Below are positions 60,575 to 64,000 of a stretch of DNA of 64,000 bases, in pieces (the first letter of the stretch is position 1; every line of letters starts with the position of its first letter). The DNA is taken from positions 191,314-255,313 of the forward strand of contig DJFZ01000005.1 in assembly GCA_002432655.1 (NCBI GenBank), written 5' to 3'. Made by a program: the position numbers and the translations under genes. Source of the stretch: Thiotrichaceae bacterium UBA5859. Lineage in GTDB: Bacteria; Pseudomonadota; Gammaproteobacteria; UBA5859. A model generated the notes under the pieces. That model had not been told where the DNA came from. It worked only from the letters and a program-made list of their open reading frames with translations, and made no database searches.

Positions 60575-61700
60575 TTGTGTTGATTTCATCTTCTACCATC
60601 GGACCACCGAATGACGACGGTATAGAGTCAAACAGTCCGTTAGCGTTGTCTCGTTCATCCAATTCACTAAAGGCATATTCAAACTTAACTGCTACGGAGT
60701 CTGTCATACTGATTTTGACGCCAAGTGTTGCAGTGTGTTGATCTTGATTAAAGAATGCTACATCTTCTGCATCAGCCACACTGTAAGTGAAATGTGGAAA
60801 GACTCTACCGAAATCATAACCGATAGTGGCGAACCAGTTTTGAGAGCTAGAGAAGATAGAATTAAAAACATGGCGATGTGCCCATTCGGCGAGAAAACGA
60901 ATCCGATACCAACTCACATCCACACCCAGTGAGCTGAACACCACTTCTCCATCCGTAGTATCTTCTATACCCAGGCCTCTAATAAAATCGGCGGTTTGAC
61001 CTGTGGCTGCCGCCAGCGTGTTCACTAACTCCGCGGTGAGTTTTGGCACCAAGTGGTGGCTGGCACGAACGGTGATATTTGGATGGATCAGCTCTAATAT
61101 AATCCCACCTATACGAAACTCTCCGAGTACGAAGGTTTGACCTATCAGAGGCAAATCGGTCTCTGGAGTTTGGGCAATATAGATTTGAGTAATGAAATCG
61201 AACGGAGGTGCGGCAATCTTACCTACCGTATTCAGTCCATTTACTGCTGTGATTGGAATGTTAGCAAACCCATAAAGTTCTTCTGGAGGTGTGATCCATG
61301 GGTAACTCACACCAATATCATAGTATTGTGAAATCATAAACCCGGGAAATCTAAAGCGTCCAGCCTGCAGTTCCACTTTAGTGCTGGGTTGGTATGCTAT
61401 ATATGCCCACTCGGCGTCAAGATTCCAGCCGTTTCTACCTCTAGCCAGTAATTGGGAAACCAATTGAATCGAACTTGAATTGGGTACAAAACTGGTTTGG
61501 ATTCCAATCACAGAAAGCTCTGTGAAATTGATTTCATCTTTTACACCAGTAAAGGACACTTCCTGATCATTTTGACTAAAGCCAGCGGTCAAGAATCCAT
61601 TCGTGTTGATGCTTCGTTCAGCATAGACCCCTGTACAGATGCTGCAAAATAGAACCAGCACGAAGGCAGTCTTTATTTCTCGACACATAACAATTTTCAT
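60546..61700 (-). CDS. outer-membrane beta-barrel (porin-like) protein, family unknown
   Basis: Signal peptide ending in VYA/E, alternating-hydrophobic strands throughout, and a C-terminal beta-signal ending in AAVNIVF. Confidence 0.6.
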   Translation of the reverse strand: MKIVMCREIKTAFVLVLFCSICTGVYAERSINTNGFLTAGFSQNDQEVSFTGVKDEINFTELSVIGIQTSFVPNSSSIQLVSQLLARGRNGWNLDAEWAYIAYQPSTKVELQAGRFRFPGFMISQYYDIGVSYPWITPPEELYGFANIPITAVNGLNTVGKIAAPPFDFITQIYIAQTPETDLPLIGQTFVLGEFRIGGIILELIHPNITVRASHHLVPKLTAELVNTLAAATGQTADFIRGLGIEDTTDGEVVFSSLGVDVSWYRIRFLAEWAHRHVFNSIFSSSQNWFATIGYDFGRVFPHFTYSVADAEDVAFFNQDQHTATLGVKISMTDSVAVKFEYAFSELDERDNANGLFDSIPSSFGGPMVEDEINTISAAVNIVF

Positions 61701-62579
61701 GTAATACCTTTGACAAGTCGATTACTAATTTAATCACCATCCAATTTTCAATGGATCGTTAAATTCCCCATTCAGATCGGAGTTAAGTGGCGCGTGTAGA
61801 GCATCGATCCCTAACTAACTTTTTAATTTATATGATATTAATATCTTCTGTTTGTGGCGCACTGAACCCTTTCTATTGGAGGTTTGAGTTTAAACCATAC
61901 GGCTTGACTTGAGTACATGTCGCAACCACGCAGATCAGTACTCAGGTTCACCGTAGGAAATACAGCAATAAATATGCCGCTTAGAAGCTATTTTTTGATC
62001 AAACCCTAACGTCATGTGTATACCCTTTCCGCCGAAACACTGGCTCATGCTGGCGTAATTTTTCTAGCAAAAGGATCTGATGCAGCATATTGATCGGTCA
62101 TCGAGGCTTTTTTGCGGCCGTTGTGCCGAAAAATCATCATTTTTGGGCACTTAAATATAAGCGGGCAACTACTCTCCTCTGTTCCACGCGTCAACAACCG
62201 GTTAGTTATTTTTCTAGAAGGTAAATTGTCGAAACGAAAAGTGTGGATTTCATCACACTGGTCGATAAATTATTCAGGCAACGAACGTTGTTTCTCGGTT
62301 GCTGTCCATATGTAAATTAAAAATAGAGTTCATGATTTAAATTTGCTCAGTATCAGAAGATGTAATTTAGTTTTAAATAAAACACTGCCCGTGATCTATT
62401 ATTCCAAATTTATAGTGGTATTCGAATATTTGGATGTTGATCAGCAGGCATTCTTGCAAAGACAAGTTAAAAATTACCATTTATCTAATTGCAGATTGCA
62501 AGCGATAAATGTGTAGTTTAGTTGGGGATTAAAAACTTGGATACGCAAACGTATCGAGTTTGGATATTTAAGTTTTTGA

Positions 62580-63545
62580 TTGCTTTGTTTGTATAAATCT
62601 ACCAATAACCTAATGCTGAATGATAAAACGAAAGTAAGAACAATGAAGGCACGAGTACTGTTTGCTGGACTATTTAATTTTGTTATTCACCGTCTCCCTG
62701 TCTTATATGCTATTGGTTGGTTAAATCGCCATTTCAATTTTCTATCTACTGTGTTTGTGATGTACCCTGCTTCTGAAGAATATGCGAAGGCCTATGTGTG
62801 TCCCACACAAATGGAAAGGATGCGTTGGTCGCCTTGGATTGTAGGGTTATATTATCAAAATGGAAAGTTTGGTCTATCTGCGGTGATCTCTTCTACGGAG
62901 AGAGATTTTCTGAATCAAGACAATGTCGTTAATATGAAACATATGTACGAGAAAGCGCATGAGATATCAAAATTAGTCGGCGCTACTCAGGTGAACTTCG
63001 CTGGAATCTTACCGGGAGTATTAAACAAGCAGGGGATTTCAAAAGGTTCCATAGAAGCTCAAGTAACAGTAGAAACAGTGATAAAAGCGGAAGAGTCTCT
63101 GCGAATAACGCTTAACTTAAAAGAAGACACTCCTATTATACTTTTTGGAAGCGCGGGTTTTATCGGACGTCGGGTTGCACATCGTTTGTCTCATCGAAAA
63201 CTATTTTTAGTTGATAAAGCCGATCCCAAAACTCTAGAGAATACTTCTTGGTACAAATCATTGCGGGGCATGCCTGCTATCTTATTGAATCTAGCTAGTC
63301 AGGATGCATTAACGCAGAATCTACCACACCTATGGCGTGAAGTAGTGGTGTTAAACGAGGTTTATCCAGAACCCGAAGCAGAAACAGTGAGCGCTTTAGG
63401 TGCTTTGGGCTGTTCGGCTTATCATATTATTGGTTTGCGCGCTTTTACATTGCCTTCTTTCCCGAAGGCATATAAAGGTGGGATACCATGTTGTGCTGGG
63501 CGGCTATCTGACGGTATGCAGGCATTGGTTCGAAAACTCAATTAA
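62580..63545 (+). CDS. NAD(P)-binding Rossmann protein of unknown function
   Basis: GxxGxxG motif ILFGSAGFIGRRVAHRL in the middle of the protein. The track start is TTG. ATG 62643 (MKARVLFAGLF) or ATG 62613 is more plausible. Confidence 0.6.
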   Translation: MLCLYKSTNNLMLNDKTKVRTMKARVLFAGLFNFVIHRLPVLYAIGWLNRHFNFLSTVFVMYPASEEYAKAYVCPTQMERMRWSPWIVGLYYQNGKFGLSAVISSTERDFLNQDNVVNMKHMYEKAHEISKLVGATQVNFAGILPGVLNKQGISKGSIEAQVTVETVIKAEESLRITLNLKEDTPIILFGSAGFIGRRVAHRLSHRKLFLVDKADPKTLENTSWYKSLRGMPAILLNLASQDALTQNLPHLWREVVVLNEVYPEPEAETVSALGALGCSAYHIIGLRAFTLPSFPKAYKGGIPCCAGRLSDGMQALVRKLN

Positions 63546-64000
63546 ATTTTCTTGGTTTAATGTGGCACTTACTCCGTACGCCAAATTGTGTATTACTGGC
63601 GATATATAGTTTGAGTGAACAATGGTTCCTGAATCAGTGCTCGTGAACTGTTTTTTGGTTAAAAATTTGAGATTTCTTTCAATTGGCATTGATAGTATCT
63701 GTACCTAAACTATTGGTTCGTACAACTTAAGCATAGCCCTGGTATTAATTTTCCAGAAGGATATAATTCTGAGAATAGACGGTTACGAAAAGATTATATG
63801 TTTGTTAGTGGATAAAAAAAAGCTTCTCTTGTCTTTTATATTTCAACGGATACCCTATCTTTTCAGAATCATTATATTGGTATGAATGCATCCTAGTGGA
63901 GAGGATCTGATTCTAGAATACTGGCCAGTGAATTCGTCTGATTCAGGCATATCCTGTTGCCGTCCTTACGATCTTTTAAATTGAGTCTAGAGACTGTATG

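Noticed and set aside
62112-62315. 67-aa ORF in the large gap of the accessory tail.
   Set aside because: It has a TTG start, no SD and a low-complexity basic/hydrophobic translation. The ORF length is what chance would give in AT-rich DNA.

Overview
All calls come from reading the ORF translations and the DNA by eye. No database search was run. The window looks like a chromosomal segment of a gammaproteobacterium. The taxon is an inference from Pseudomonas-like synteny: ftsY-ftsE-ftsX-rpoH, and thrB ... polA-engB-cytochrome c5-cytochrome c4-dsbA.

Positions 1-43,100 are densely packed core genes:
- sat, moaA, and a TetR/MFP/RND/TolC efflux locus
- rpoH and ftsYEX, an M16 peptidase pair, rsmD, coaD, a ferredoxin, ggt, uvrD
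- a TRAP transporter split into two parts, zapE, an HD-GYP response regulator, thrB
- a hybrid histidine kinase, an FKBP isomerase, a YbbA/YbbP-like ABC pair, a LOG-family protein
- polA, engB, cytochromes c5 and c4, dsbA, and an EEP-family protein

Positions 43,300-64,000 are looser and look accessory:
- an 873-aa orphan lipoprotein, an Sfp-type phosphopantetheinyl transferase (PPTase) and a secreted MORN-repeat protein
- a second TolC gene divergent from a thioesterase-MFP-RND operon, across a 925-bp AT-rich gap with no ORF of 60 aa or more
- a PAP2-like protein and amt
- a gene-sparse AT-rich tail with a decayed IS30-family transposase relic, a transglutaminase-like protein, an orphan outer-membrane barrel and a Rossmann protein of unknown function

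I found no rRNA, tRNA, CRISPR array, prophage or recognisable defence genes. I do not see a self-evident novel multi-gene system. The best candidate is the PPTase / type II thioesterase / RND / TolC locus, which has no carrier protein or synthase nearby, together with its long spacer.

Secondary leads:
- a perfect inverted pair of consensus DnaA boxes after thrB
- a structured intergenic region at the Spot 42/ErsA syntenic position between polA and engB
- a triple 11-mer that allows mutually exclusive hairpins upstream of rpoH
- a 29-codon ORF with a canonical Shine-Dalgarno (SD) site in the accessory tail
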